DNA of 64,000 nt from the human T2T-CHM13v2.0 reference genome, Homo sapiens: assembly GCF_009914755.1 (NCBI RefSeq), contig NC_060945.1; one strand, given 5' to 3'. Shown here piece after piece: positions 18,581 through 31,142 of the stretch. Under the pieces are notes generated by a model. The model saw only the letters and a list, made by a program, of their open reading frames with translations, was not told the DNA's origin and searched no databases. Each line of letters starts with the position of its first letter. Positions within the stretch are counted from its first letter, which is position 1. Both the position numbers and the translations under genes were made by a program.

Positions 18581-18949
18581 CCCATGCTGGGTTTTACAAC
18601 CTGGGGTTGTATGATGAATGGAATTAAAGCAATGAAGGACATTCTTTCTAGGAGGGACTGGAACAGAGCCTGAGGCTATTCCAGTCACTTCCTCCTTATT
18701 TCAGTATGTTGTACTCTAGCATATTTTACAGTCATTCTTGAAAACTACAAGCAAGAAAGAGGGAAGAACTAGGTTGGTCCAAGGCCACCCAGTGAACTGA
18801 TCTGCAATTTGATACTTAGACTACATATGGTATATGGTATACTCATTATGTCTGTGTTTGAATAGATATTCTTAGTTGTCAGCATGACCTTTGCAATAAC
18901 CTGAACTTTCCAGTGATCTTGGTAATATTTTCACACTGTGTTTGGAAAG

Positions 18950-19070
18950 AATTCAAGAGACTTGGGATCGACTCCTGGTTTAGGCATTTTCTGTACGGAA
19001 ATAGACAAATCACCTGTTTTCTTTGGGTATCAGGTGTTTTTATTTTCATTATTAGACAAAACAGAAAAAA
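18950..19070 (+). mobile_element. MIR fragment
   Basis: gacttgggatcgactcctggtttaggcattttc...gacaaatcacctgttttctttgggtatcagg resembles the MIR 5' half. Confidence 0.45.
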
Positions 19071-19480
19071 ATGATATGAAATAAAAGAGCTCAGACAAAA
19101 ACTAATGGCAGAATTAGTGTGCCTATGCTTACACATAATGGTGTCTGAAAGTAGTCGTGGATAAAACAAGCAAACTAGTAGTGACAGAGGGTAGTGAGTT
19201 CTATTATGAAACTTAATTAACCAATTAAATTCTTATATTCCTTAATAATTCCTACAAAGTTACCTATAGTGAAGGTCAAAAATATTCCTACATAGTTTTA
19301 AGATATACATACATATATATGTATAAATACATATGTACACACGTATACATATATCTTATAACAAAGCATAATGAATATATATGCATGCATACCTATTTCA
19401 GTCCAAATTATTTGGCTATAAGAAAAGTAGGCAGAAGCAGTTACTAAGTAACATGAGCCATTTGAAGGGGTCTTGAGGAG

Positions 19481-20313
19481 TGTATCAGACACATCCTATG
19501 AAGTTCTTAATTCTCTTAGATTCAGAGAACCTAAGATCAAAGAACCTTTGGTCACTGGTTCCAACTCCAGTCAACACTGTATAGCAAACAGTTTTACGTG
19601 GACTCTGTCCAACTTTATGCAGGTCTAGATTGACAGCAGACTTTTTCTCATACTCATACTGCACATTCTTTGCCTTATTTTTGGGATCTCCCTGTCAAGG
19701 CTGAGATGTTAAACATGGGGACCACTGAGCACCATGCATTCACAACCCAGCAGTGCAGAGGAATTAATGTACCGTGAGGCAAACCTTTGTATAAACAGAA
19801 AAAAGACTCAGGAAAGAAACCTCTCTATCCCCTTTGGGTTGATTGTCTCAGGCAACAGTTATATAGCAGCTTACAAGACAGCTCTGAAAGCAGTCAGAGT
19901 GATTTCATATTATGCAATGGCTGATTAAAAACATAGTACCGGCTGGGCATGGTGGCTCACACCTGTAATCCCAGCACTTTAGGAGGCCGAGGCGGGCAGA
20001 TCACGAGGTCAGGAGAGCGAGATCATCCTGGCTAACATGGTGAAACCCAATCTCCACTAAAAAATACAAAAAATTATCCGGGCATGGTGGCAGGCACCTG
20101 TAGTCCCAGCTATTCGGGAGGCTGAGGCAGGAGAATGCCGTCTCAAACAACAACAACAACAACAAAAAACTTAGTACCAATATGTTGACTGTTTTTCTTT
20201 CCTTCCCTGTCTCCCCTTTCCCCTCACTCAGGCCAGGATTGCATTCCCTTATACAGTGCTAGTACATATACCTTTCCTCAGGCTCTCCTCTCTGGGGAAA
20301 TCAAGCTAAGACA
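19481..20313 (+). mobile_element. ERVL LTR16-type 5' LTR (interrupted by an Alu)
   Basis: 3' end ttccttccctgtctcc...ggattgcattcc...cctcaggctct..ctggggaaatcaagctaagaca matches LTR16-family termini and is followed directly by ERVL leader sequence. The 5' boundary is approximate. Confidence 0.7.
19941..20164 (+). mobile_element. AluY/Sc-like element lacking about 75-80 bp of the right arm, (CAA)n tail
   Basis: ggctgggcatggtggctcac start; ggagaatg joined directly to ccgtctc; TSD aaaaacatagtacc (19927-19940) / aaaaacttagtacc (20165-20178). Confidence 0.95.
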
Positions 20314-20943
20314 ACTGATGTTAGACATGACCCTAGAAAGCAGAACTCAGGATAACAGTACGGGTCTGAATTACTCATAGTTCTGACAGCAGTCAAGGAC
20401 TCCATTACTGATGGTAGATATGGTGGGTATAATCACTGGAAAGGAATAGAACCAAAACTGTTAATAGTAATTTGGCTGACATACAGGATGGAATCTAAAT
20501 CCATTAAGGCATTCTCAACAGCCACTACCTCCAATATCTGGGTATCAAATGCCATTTCATGGTATATTATGAGTAGCTTCCATTCAATTTTTTAGACACT
20601 GCAATATCAGGACAGAATCAAATTATAATACTGTAAGACTGTATGATATGATTAAGTGTGCAATTTCAAAAACTCACATTTGTCAGTGTGAGTTTTTAGA
20701 AGAGTAGAGACCTAAAATCTGTGATGGGGAATATGATTGGATAAATCTGAAAAATTTGAATTCTCAATTTCACTAAATGTATTGTTTCAGCAGAAGCTGC
20801 CCCTTATTCCTTTGTTAGAGAAAATAAGCCTCTTCTTGAATGGTGACCTTGAAATGACCTCACTTGAATCAGACATTTAATAAGATGGAGCTTATTTTCA
20901 TAAAAGAACTTTTCCTGCCTTTCCTCATTGCTTCTAGGATAAT

Positions 20944-21465
20944 TGTATTAGGCGGGGTTCTTTAGAGGGACAGGACTAATAGGAGTATAAATGAAAGGGA
21001 GTTTATTAAGGAGTATTGACTCACATATCAGAACGTGAAGTCCCACAGTAGGCCATCTGCAAACTGAGGAGCAAGGAAGTCAGTCTGAGTTCCAAAACCT
21101 CAAAAGTAGGAAAACCCACAGTGCAGGCTTCAGTCTGTGGCTGAAAGCCTGAGCGCCCCGGGCGAACCACTGGTATAGATCCAAGAGTCCAAAAGCTGAA
21201 GAACTTGGAGTCCAGTGTTTGAGGGCAGGAAGCATCCAGCACGGGAGAAAGATGGAGGTCAGAAGACTCAGCCAGTCTGCTCTTTCCATTCCTGCTTTTA
21301 TGCTGGCAGCTGATTAGATGGTGCCCACCCAGATTGAAGGTGGGGCTGCCTCTCCGAGTCCACACACTCAAATGTCAATCTCCTTTGGCGACAACCTCAC
21401 AGACACACCCAGGAATAATACTTTGCATCCACCAATCCAATCAACACTCAATATTAACCATCGCA
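20944..21465 (-). mobile_element. MLT2A2-like ERVL solo LTR
   Basis: tgtattag..gggttct..agagggacaggactaatagg; ccaagagtccaaaagctgaagaacttggagtc; gcagctgattagatggtgcccacccagattga; ends tattaaccatcgca. Confidence 0.92.
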
Positions 21466-22244
21466 GTGTGTAAGGACAGAATTAAGCACAAACCAAAAAG
21501 GGAAGTACAATCCCTCTTCTAGAAGGATATAGATTGCGCATTACAGGAACTACAGAAACTAGCTAATTTTTACTGGTAGAAGCTATTGGACAATATGTAA
21601 GCATTGATATTGAGTATATTCATCAAAAGGGTATAAAATAAGGCTAACAGTAGATAATCTCATGATTTTGGAGTGAGGCATAACCATGATAAGATTCCTA
21701 GGATATCCTAACAACCTATTAGGATGGCTAGTAGAATCTTGCTCTCATTTATAGCAAATTAAGAATAAAGGTGCTTATTTCATTGACACAGCAATGAGAA
21801 TGAAATCAGAAGGCTCTCAGAATATAGAATAAAAAAATAGAATTAATCCTTAAGAGCTAAGAACCCACCATGAGTCTTCTTCCTCAGAATAGCCTAAATA
21901 ATTTTCTGTTTAATATAAAGCAGTAAGGAATGCATTGATAGGGGGTGCTATGATCCTAATGAGGACTATGTTTCCTGCCAGGAAAAACCAAATGGCTGCA
22001 TGACTGGGATTGTCCGTTTTTTAGGTCTGTTTTATTATGTTTATTTTGGCATAATAGAATGGATGGATCTATTGTGAAATTTGCATGACACAGTAGAAAG
22101 ATTTCTTTCAAGAATATCAGACAACATGCTTAAGCTGCATGAACAAGTGACCCTGATGTCTATGTCCCCTATCTCTTAGTACAAATGACCTATCTTCATC
22201 TCATGGTTATGGTTTCATGGGGTTCCCAACTGACGGAGTAGGAT

Positions 22245-22985
22245 AAACCTCAGCCTGACTCACAGATGGATTATTGCAATATGTTTGTGACAGGTGAAAG
22301 AGGATTGCTGCCTCATTGCAACTCCAGAAATGAGTGGTATTAAAGTACAGTTATAAGGGGCATCATTCCAATGGGCAAAGCTGTGTGCAGTTACTTAGCT
22401 GTCACTTCCTATGAGAGAGAAGTAGACATAGATATATGGGTATACCTGGACTCTACGGCAGAAGTAAAGTGTTTGGTCCGTTAGTCTGGACCTGGAAAGA
22501 CAAGAGAAGAAAATTGAAAAGTAACAATTCATAGCTCAAAGGAAAGACCCGTGGGAGTGGGCACAAAGCATGTCAATATGTGGATCTTTATTTTTCATGT
22601 CAATGCCTGCAACAATGACAAATACTGTAACTTTCAGTGAGCCTTTCTTCTTAGCCCACCCATGTTTGGGCAATAGCCCAGGGACAGTAAGATCATTGTG
22701 AAAGATGGAGTCAATGCATAATATATGTATTAGCACCTGTGAGCTGATCTAGCTAACTGCTACAGCTGAATGGACATGCTGCCTTTGGCAGAGACCAATG
22801 GTGTGCCTCAGTATGGCATCATTTCTCAGAAAGCTTGGTCATAAGCTTAGCTTTACATCGCTTGTTTCAAACACTTTCCCCTGATAAGAAAGAGGCAGTA
22901 ATTCATACTCACTAAAACCTTTACTTACTCTGGATATGAGCTTACCTTACCATCTCACAGTCCCTCTGTCAACACCACTCCAAAA
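22245..22985 (+). pseudogene. ERVL pol remnant: RNase H and integrase N-terminus
   Basis: Hand translation across frameshifts gives LTDG, SFQWAKLCAV (cf. SSQWAELRAV), VYLDS (cf. IYTDS), WEWAQS, HVNA, TATAEWTCCLWQRP (cf. TATAECPTCQQQRP) and TYSGYE (cf. DTYSGYG), in the ERVL pol order. Confidence 0.8.
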
Positions 22986-22995
22986 TGCTTGATAA

Positions 22996-23146
22996 TTAAA
23001 CTGTCTTCTTATTAGTTCTCCCTCCTTCCCTTCTACCTTGCTCTCTGCTTTCAGCTCAGGTGTTTAGGATTGCACTCTCTAATGAAATGGCAACACAAAA
23101 ACTTTTAACCTCAGGCTCTGTGTGCTGGGGGACTTGGATTAAAACA
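22996..23146 (+). mobile_element. 3' fragment of the 3' LTR of the same LTR16-type provirus
   Basis: ctccttcccttc...ggattgcactctc...cctcaggctctgtgtgctgggggacttggattaaaaca parallels 20195-20313. Confidence 0.7.
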
Positions 23147-23329
23147 GAAAGTATTTGACAACTTTAATCATTCTTAGCAATCATATAAAAATTCTTTATT
23201 TTAGGTCACCATCTTCTCTTTCAAATTATGGTGGCAATCCTCTGTAGTCTTTACTTTGCATTCAAATTCACCTTCCTATAACTGAAATGTGATAGTTATC
23301 TTACATACAAATTTAAAATGATTATTTTA

Positions 23330-23710
23330 AGTAATAACGATCTTACTGTTCATTATTGCAGGATAAAATCCCAGCTTCATAGCACAGCATACATGGCCTT
23401 CCGTCCTTCAGAAAAAGTTCAGATTAACCTCATAGGCTGTTTATCCCCCATCAGTGACTCTGACGCTTACTTGCCGGTTTAGAATTTTTCAGATATTCTA
23501 CTTTCTTTGCCTAAACAAAGCCCTTTATACTCATGATTTCTGGGTACCTACCTCATGACACTCATAACTTATCCTAGATAGAATATCCTAAAATTTTTGA
23601 GAATGATCAGGGCCAAGTTACATGTACCTCATCTGTTCTTCCATCACACATGGACATTTCCTAATCACAAGATTTAGCACACGTAATTTTATTGAGTTTT
23701 TTTGCCTATT
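23330..23710 (+). mobile_element. L2 fragment
   Basis: caggataaaatcccagcttcatagcacagcatacatggccttcc is a typical L2 3' segment. Confidence 0.55.
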
Positions 23711-25745
23711 ATGAAAAAGGTGGAGAGAAACCATAAGAATGCATTATTTTTGTTGCATGATTTTATTTTTGTCTTTTTTTTTTTTGCTTAATTTGATAAA
23801 TCTTGTCGTTGAGGGAAGAAAATATCTTTTAAGGGTGGGGACTTAATATTTTTTCTGAAGAGCTTATATATTTTAAAGTACCACATTTCTGACATGTAAA
23901 CATCAGAGCTGCATAGAACTTATTTTCTCACATTTGAAAAGGGATAGCCCTCTTAAGAGGTACCATATTAATTTGTATTGATTATTCACTTTTTTCATAA
24001 ATTAGTTTACAGAATTTTTCTAAGCATAATTGGAGTATACATGGAACAGAAGAGAAGAGCATGACGTGCTGGAAAAACTTAGTAACAGGAGATGACAAGG
24101 AGAGATTATAAATTAGAGAAAACACAGGAGATTGAGGAGACAAACACTATCTCACAGATACATCAAGACAGACCCTAGAATTAGAGTAAATGTCAAGATG
24201 TTTGTTAAATTAGTTTACAAAATGAAACTCAATGATATTATGTTAACTACTTACTGGTTTTGGAAAAACAATTCATATGTATACACAGAGAGAGAAAGAA
24301 ATGAGGTGTGGGGGTGTGTATGCGTAATAGACACGGAAGGATTTGCAAAGAGAAACTGTAAAAAGAGCGTGCATTGCCTCTCCTGACGGCTAGACCTGAA
24401 GACCAAATTCTCTTTCCATTCCATTTTATGTCACGATTTGTTTATGGCAGGAAAACAAGTTTCTTTTTTTGAAGTATTTTCTGAAACATACTAGCAAAGA
24501 CTCACAGATCATATGGACCAATCAGAGGTCACTATCAAGGAGAAGAAAATTAACAAGGAACATTGCTAGAAACATTTACACTGTAGCCTGTAAAACAACA
24601 ATAACAATAAAACAAAAGGAAAAGAAACAAACACAAATGCAAAACCAAAGGAAAAGCAAACCAAGAAGTCAGTTTGAGCAATCCCATTCCTTCCCTCAGA
24701 AAATAAAATAATGACATCAACATCTCAACAAAAACAACAATAGTAGTGGTAGTTGTAGTAACAGCAGTAGAACGACTAATAGTTTCATAATATTCATAAT
24801 AACAGAATGTAATAGTAACAGTAAATAACTTATATGTGCAGAATTTAACAATATTTTTATATATTTAAGCATATTAGTTATCTGTGGAAGAGAATCTTAC
24901 CTCAAGTTATATGTCAAATACTGCCAAAATGTAAGGGCTCAGATATGTGCATAAAACTGATAACAGACCCACGAGGGTTTATGCCAAGTCATAAGTAAAG
25001 AGTTAAGAGAAGTTGAAGGTCTCTCTTCAGACTGTGGATAACATTTCTTTCTGATCTACAGCAGCCACTCATTTGGTTACTGAGTGAAAAAAAAAATGCA
25101 ATGATTATTTCTGCTGAAGACATGTATTATGGAAATTAAGTATCACAAATTATTTTACATTATATATTAGTGGATAAGCCCAAGAAATAAAAAGTCTTAC
25201 AAATTATCAAGTCAGATGCTTTGAGAATCATTTATATCCATACAATGAGTAGCTAGTGCTACAAGTTTTTTTTAAAACGAACAAATAATAGGGTTAAGTG
25301 GAGCATTTGGCTCTCTATTAAGAAGAGTCTGCATCATATTAGATATCTTAATCTGTCATAAATTGCTTCCTGTACCAAAGTTTCCAGAAATTTTAAACAT
25401 TGGTCAGTCAAAAAATTACAAATAAAAGTAACTAGCAAATGTATTCAGCAGCTTCTTCCACATGATTTTAAAGTTAAATACATAAACCAAGAAAAAGCAC
25501 ACCGAGATTTTCACTTTATCACTAAATTAGAAGAAATTTTGCTAACTTCCTTATTCTCCTTCTTATGACTTAAAATTTTTTTCATGAAAAATATTGATAA
25601 CACAGAACATCTAGACCTCTGTGGGGCTTGATGATTGTCAGAAATAACTTTACTCTTTGTGTCACAATTATAAACTATATGCAGACATTTCATTCCATGA
25701 GAATTTTAATCTTTTTAATTTATAAAAATATTAATAATCACTACT

Positions 25746-25838
25746 TTTTTGTCTTTTTTTATTTGTATAAAGTTAGGGGGTACAAATGAAGTTCTGGCAC
25801 ATGGATACATTATGCAGTCTTGTAGTCTGGGTCTTTTG
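25746..25838 (-). mobile_element. Short L1MA-type 3' end
   Basis: T tail + atttgtataaagttagggggtacaaatgaagttctggcacatggatacatt..gtctggg resembles the reverse-complement L1MA2/3 terminus. Confidence 0.65.
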
Positions 25839-27369
25839 ACTAAACTATTAATAACTAATGGTGAATATTACAAATATTAGATACTGTTATACAATTGAAA
25901 CTGCATCACCGTAGATATAGCAAAACAGAAAAGGATTGGAATAAACACAAAATAATACAATGCTCTAAAAGATGAGATCATTGACCCCTATTCATTTAAA
26001 TTTATGTGCACAAATATTACTGTTTTGATATAAAATAATTTTCAAAAGCAATAACTAATTCACTGAACAAATAAGGATGGAAACTTGCTAGTTTCTGCAT
26101 GTGCTTACCTTCCAGATGTGCTTGCTCTTCATGTTATGTTTGTTATCAGTATATGTTTATTAAATTGAGCTATAATATGCCTTAGATATAATTATATTTT
26201 AGTAGCATGAGTCATTAGCAAAACTTACATTATCATAATTTTGAATATATATATATTTCTAGACTATTATAGTAAATATATGTTTCAATGTATATATATA
26301 TATACACATTTAGTCAAATATATGGATAGACACATAAAAATGCATACATTCTTACTGAAACAAAAAATCACACATACATTGTTATACTTAATCAAGAACA
26401 AGAAATTTGCTTTTTAATTTCATGTTACAAATTTTATGACTTTATAATTGACAGAGATGATCAAAAGCTGTCATCTATCCAAACAATATTTGTGATCTGA
26501 AATTAAAAAAAAAAAATCTGTAGGAATTATTCCTTCTGGAAAAGAAATATCACTTATAGTCTCAGAAGTCATTAAAAAGTTCTTGGCAATGAAGTTTAAT
26601 ATAAGAGTACCTTGAATAAGGACTTAATTTTAAGTAGAAAAGCTCACAAATATATTAAAAGATTATGAGGTTCTCACTGGAGCAAAATAATATGAGAATA
26701 GAAAATTTTGTTCCTCTTTATTAATAAGCTTTTTTGTAACCACCTGGCATTTGGCAGTCAGTTCTTGAAACAAATCAGTATCACTTACAGAAAACATAAA
26801 CAATGGAATTTAATCAAGATTAATTGTGAGTTTGTGTTTCACTCCAGAAATACTATAATAGTCAAAAGTACGAATAAAGCTATTCCTCTCTTTTTATGGC
26901 AGTAAAATAGAAAGAGATGAATGCTTTAAGTGTAATTCTGCCTGTGGTTTCAGTAGTTTTGGACAGGAAATCAGTCGTCAATCTAGTTTAGAAACTTTTG
27001 TGCATATATATATATGTGGACAGATGATAGATAGATGCCTTTATATACATTTAAATATGTAAATGTGTTACGTAATACTTAATCTAGAATAAGAAATTTG
27101 CTAATGTTGAATAGTTTCTTCAGTTTAAAATAAAACTGACTTTTATATATGAGAACAATTAAATCATATTGAAAAATGGTGTTTGGGATTACAGATAATT
27201 TTGGAACTCAGTATATAATAGAAATTAGCTTTGTCATGAGTAAGAATATTAATAAATGTTCAAATATCTCTAAGTATCAAATTAGTTCAAGTGATTAAGA
27301 TTGACGAAACTACATGCTAACCTCCAGCAGTAGGGCTGCGCTTCTGATTTGAATAACAGAATAAATGAC

Positions 27370-28378
27370 AGTATTAGTTTCATATTACTTTGCAACAAAT
27401 TACCACAAACTAGTGAATTAAAATGATAGTTATCTATTATCTTGCAGTTTCTGTAGGTCATAGAACCCATATGGTTGAGTTCTCTATTCAGAACCTCACT
27501 GTCCTGAAGTCAACATGTTGGCCAGGTCTGTGGTCTCATGTGAGCATTAGGTTCTTCTTTCATGCCCACTCAATTTGTTGGCAGAGTTGAGTTTCTTGTG
27601 GTTGTAGCAAGGAAGTACATATTTTCTTGCTGGCTGTAAGCCTAGGGTTGGTCTCAGCTACTAAAAGCCACTTTTGGGGTCTCCCTTTTCACAAGCTGTT
27701 CATAACTTAATTGTTGACATTCTTTCTGGGCAGTAGAGAGCATCTGCTGCTGCTTCCTCTTTCTTTAAAAAGTGCACGTGATCAGGTCAAGCCCACCCCA
27801 AACAATTTCCCTTTTAGTTAACTCAAGTAAATTGATTACAGACCTTAACTACTATGTAAAATGTATTTTGCCATTGTATCAGTTTGCTTGGGATGCTGTA
27901 AGAGAATCCCATAGACAGGGTAACTTAAAAAACAAATATTTATTTTTACAGTTCAAAAGGTAGAGGAGTCCAAGATTAATGGGCCAGCAAATTAGGAACT
28001 TGGTGAAGGCTATTTTTCCGGCTTCTTGCTGTAGTCTGACGTGGCAGAGAGTGAGAGAGCTCTAGCCTCCCCCTCTTCTTATAAGAACATTATTCGCACA
28101 TTGGGGGCCCTGTACTCATGACCTCATCTAAACTTAATCATCCCCCAAAGCTCCACTTCCAAATATCATCACATTGGGGGTTACAGCTTCAAAATATGAA
28201 TGTTGGAAGGGACACAAATATTTAGTCCATAACATCCATGCAGCAGATTATAATTATGAGAGTGATATCTCATTATATTCACAGGCACTCTCTGCATTCA
28301 AAGGAAAGGGGTATTACACTGCATATGTACATCTGGGGACAGAAATTCTGGAGGTAATTGTGGAATTAGGCATAAGAA
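27370..28378 (-). mobile_element. MLT1E-type MaLR LTR split by a nested MLT1A
   Basis: gtattagttt..aacaaattaccacaaact; ttgttggcagagttgagtttcttgtggttgtag; tgatcaggtcaagcccaccc; resumes after 28234 with gagtgatatctcattatattcacagg. Confidence 0.85.
27875..28234 (-). mobile_element. MLT1A/MLT1A0 MaLR solo LTR nested in MLT1E
   Basis: tgtatcagtttgcttgggatgctgtaa...ctcatgacctcatctaaacttaatca...agtccataaca; 5-bp TSD gccat/tccat. Confidence 0.88.
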
Positions 28379-28829
28379 ATTAGCTTTTTACTTTGTCAAT
28401 TACCAGTTAAGTCAACATCAAAGCTGAGTCAATCAAGGGATCCAAGCCAAAAATTCAAAAAGCAGAAAACAAGTAGATAAATGGAATATAGAGATAGAGA
28501 AGGGAGAAAAGAGTGAGAGAAAAAAGAGAAATAAGAAGTGGAAAGAAAGAGAAATAAATATAAAAGTGAAACAAAAAATATAATTATGATTGAGGTAATA
28601 ACCAGGATAAAGGCACTGGACAGAATACTCTAGTGTGACCATCTATGTTGTAATTTTATACTTATCAACATGATTCAAAATATTTAATAGTCTGAACAAA
28701 AAGACCTATACTATTTTCTTGTTTGTTGTAATTATTGAAAAGTTTATAATCAGATATTTCCTTATTTTACTAAAAAATAACACACTGGCTCACTGTTGTT
28801 GTCACTAATAACATCACCACCACCACAAT

Positions 28830-28996
28830 CTTTTCCCTCTACACCTTTTTATCTTCTACCTCCTTCTCCTCCTCACCTCATTCCTCTTTTCTTTATATTC
28901 TTTCTCCTCCTCCTTATCCTCCCTCCTCTTCTTCCCTTTTCCACTTCTCCTTCCTTTCCTCTTTTTTCCTCCTTCTTTGTCCTTTTTCTTCTTGTC
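28830..28996. repeat. CT-rich low-complexity polypyrimidine tract
   Basis: Degenerate (CTT/CCT)n. Confidence 0.85.
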
Positions 28997-29029
28997 TGTC
29001 ATTATCATCAGCAGTATATCATAATCACT

Positions 29030-30170
29030 CCAGATAACCTGAGAGCCATGCTTGACCCTTCTCATTCAACACCATGTTCAACTGATCAATAAGCTCTGTC
29101 AACTCTGATTGCTAAATATCGTGGATGTAAAATACTGACTTCTCATAAATACTTCTAGTTTCTTAACTAATGCTTACATTGTTTGCATTATATTTTCCAT
29201 GTCTGGTCTTATACTACTAAAATCTATTCTCTAAGGCAATAAATCCACCATTTTATTTCTCCCCACTTAGAATAATATAGTTTCCCCATAGTGGAAACAT
29301 CATTTAACCTTTTTTTATAACTTGGTTTTTTGTTTACCTCCTAAGTTTTGAATCTGTTTTAAACCCTGTGCTTCATATTGTTCCTGTATAGATCCTGAGT
29401 GTCACACTATTTATAATCTACTTTTATTTGTACATCTGCTCTCCTTTCTCTTGAGTGCTTTTTGTATGGTATAGAGGGTTGAATTGTGTCCTGCAAAATG
29501 ATACATTCAAGTCCTGACCCTTGCAACCTAAGAATAAACATTATTTGGAAATAAATTACTTGAAGATATAATCAAGTTAAAATGAGATTATGCTGGATTA
29601 GAACTGTTCTTAAATCCAATGACTGGTATCCCAATAGAAGAGAAGAGTAAACACACCGGGAAAAAGGCCATCTGACGATGGAGGAAGAGACTGGTGTAAA
29701 GCAGCTACAAGTTAAGGTACACCAAGGATTTTTGAGAGCCATCAGAAACTACAAAGTCGGAAGAAAGGGATATTTGCAAGAGCCCTCAGGGGCTCTTGAT
29801 CCTGTTGCCACCTTGAGGACTTTGAGAGAATAAATTTCTATTGTTTTAAGTCACCAAGTTTCTGGTAATTTATTACAAAAATCCTAAGAAACTAATATAT
29901 ATGGATAACTTCTTTTGGTTTTCAAAACTTAATTCAGTTGTTACCTATACTGGGAAATTATCACGACTTCCTCACTCTGAATTAAATCTCTTTCTATATG
30001 CATAACCCATTCATACACTATCATATAGTATAGGAGGAGTATTTCTTTGTTTGCTTGTTTACCTACACAGGTTGCTTCATGAGCTCTTTCAGCAGGATCC
30101 TGTTTTCAACACAGTGACTGGGACTCAATAAACACGAAATAAGATGAGTTTGAGTAAATAACTAAATCCA
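29030..30170 (+). mobile_element. L2 fragments split by MLT1C
   Basis: L2-like sequence on both sides of the LTR, ending cagtgactgggactcaataaacac. Confidence 0.5.
29470..29899 (+). mobile_element. MLT1C MaLR solo LTR
   Basis: gggttgaattgtgtcc...aatcaagttaaaatgag..tgctggattag..taaatccaatgactgg...gagaataaatttctattgttttaagtcacc...aaactaatata; perfect TSD TATGG (29465-29469, 29900-29904). Confidence 0.9.
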
Positions 30171-30903
30171 TTAAATGCCTCATACAATGCGCTTGGCACT
30201 AAGATACAGAAATACGTAGGGTAATCTCAGTAAACATCCTCCAACACCCTCTACTCTCTTCCCCAACTCAAGCAGTGACCAGATCTCATTTATTAAAAAC
30301 TAAATTCTTCTTTTTCAGCTCAGAGTAATGTTTCTATATAGTCATTTTGAACTTTCAAGATTATTTTTAACTCCATTCATGGTATCTTAAAGAAACAAAA
30401 TTCCTAGTTTTGTTTCTTTAGTTAACTATTTAACCGTAACATTTGCCTTGAAATGGTTCCATCACTTCCACCATTCAGGCTATGACATGAAACTGTTCTC
30501 TAGAGCAGCTGCATCATGGAGTAATGCCTAAGCCATTTGAAATTTTGAGTAATTCAAGGGAACCCTGTTGGTCTGGCCTGGTGCAAGTTTATTGACTCTT
30601 AATTGCATTGGGTGAGGGGAGAGGGAAGAAGAGAAGTGAGACTCAAGAGGCAATTCTCGGGTTCTCTCAGGAACTGCAATATAGATTCCATTTATTCATT
30701 TTGGCAGTTATAAACATAAGTATCTAAAAGGATTTGGGGAAGAAAGAGTTATTTGTTGCCTAATTCCAAAGCACTAGAGAAAGCATGTTTTACTTTCACT
30801 TTGTCAAAGTACTTATAAAAGTTACATTAAAAAATAACTTTGAGTAGCCCACATATCCTCACATAAAGCCTGACTGTGTAAGTGAGCCATAGTATGGGAT
30901 TAA

Positions 30904-31142
<239 letters not shown>

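Larger units (their letters stand above)
20314..22995 (+). mobile_element. ERVL internal region (HERV16 / ERV3-16A3-like), heavily deleted
   Basis: Leader ccctagaaagcagaactcaggat follows the LTR; pol remnants lie downstream; interrupted by MLT2A at 20944-21465. Confidence 0.75.

Noticed and set aside
28433-29092. Hydrophobic or highly charged ORFs resembling membrane or basic proteins
   Set aside because: Translation artefacts of GA/CT low-complexity tracts; the same applies to 37853-38209
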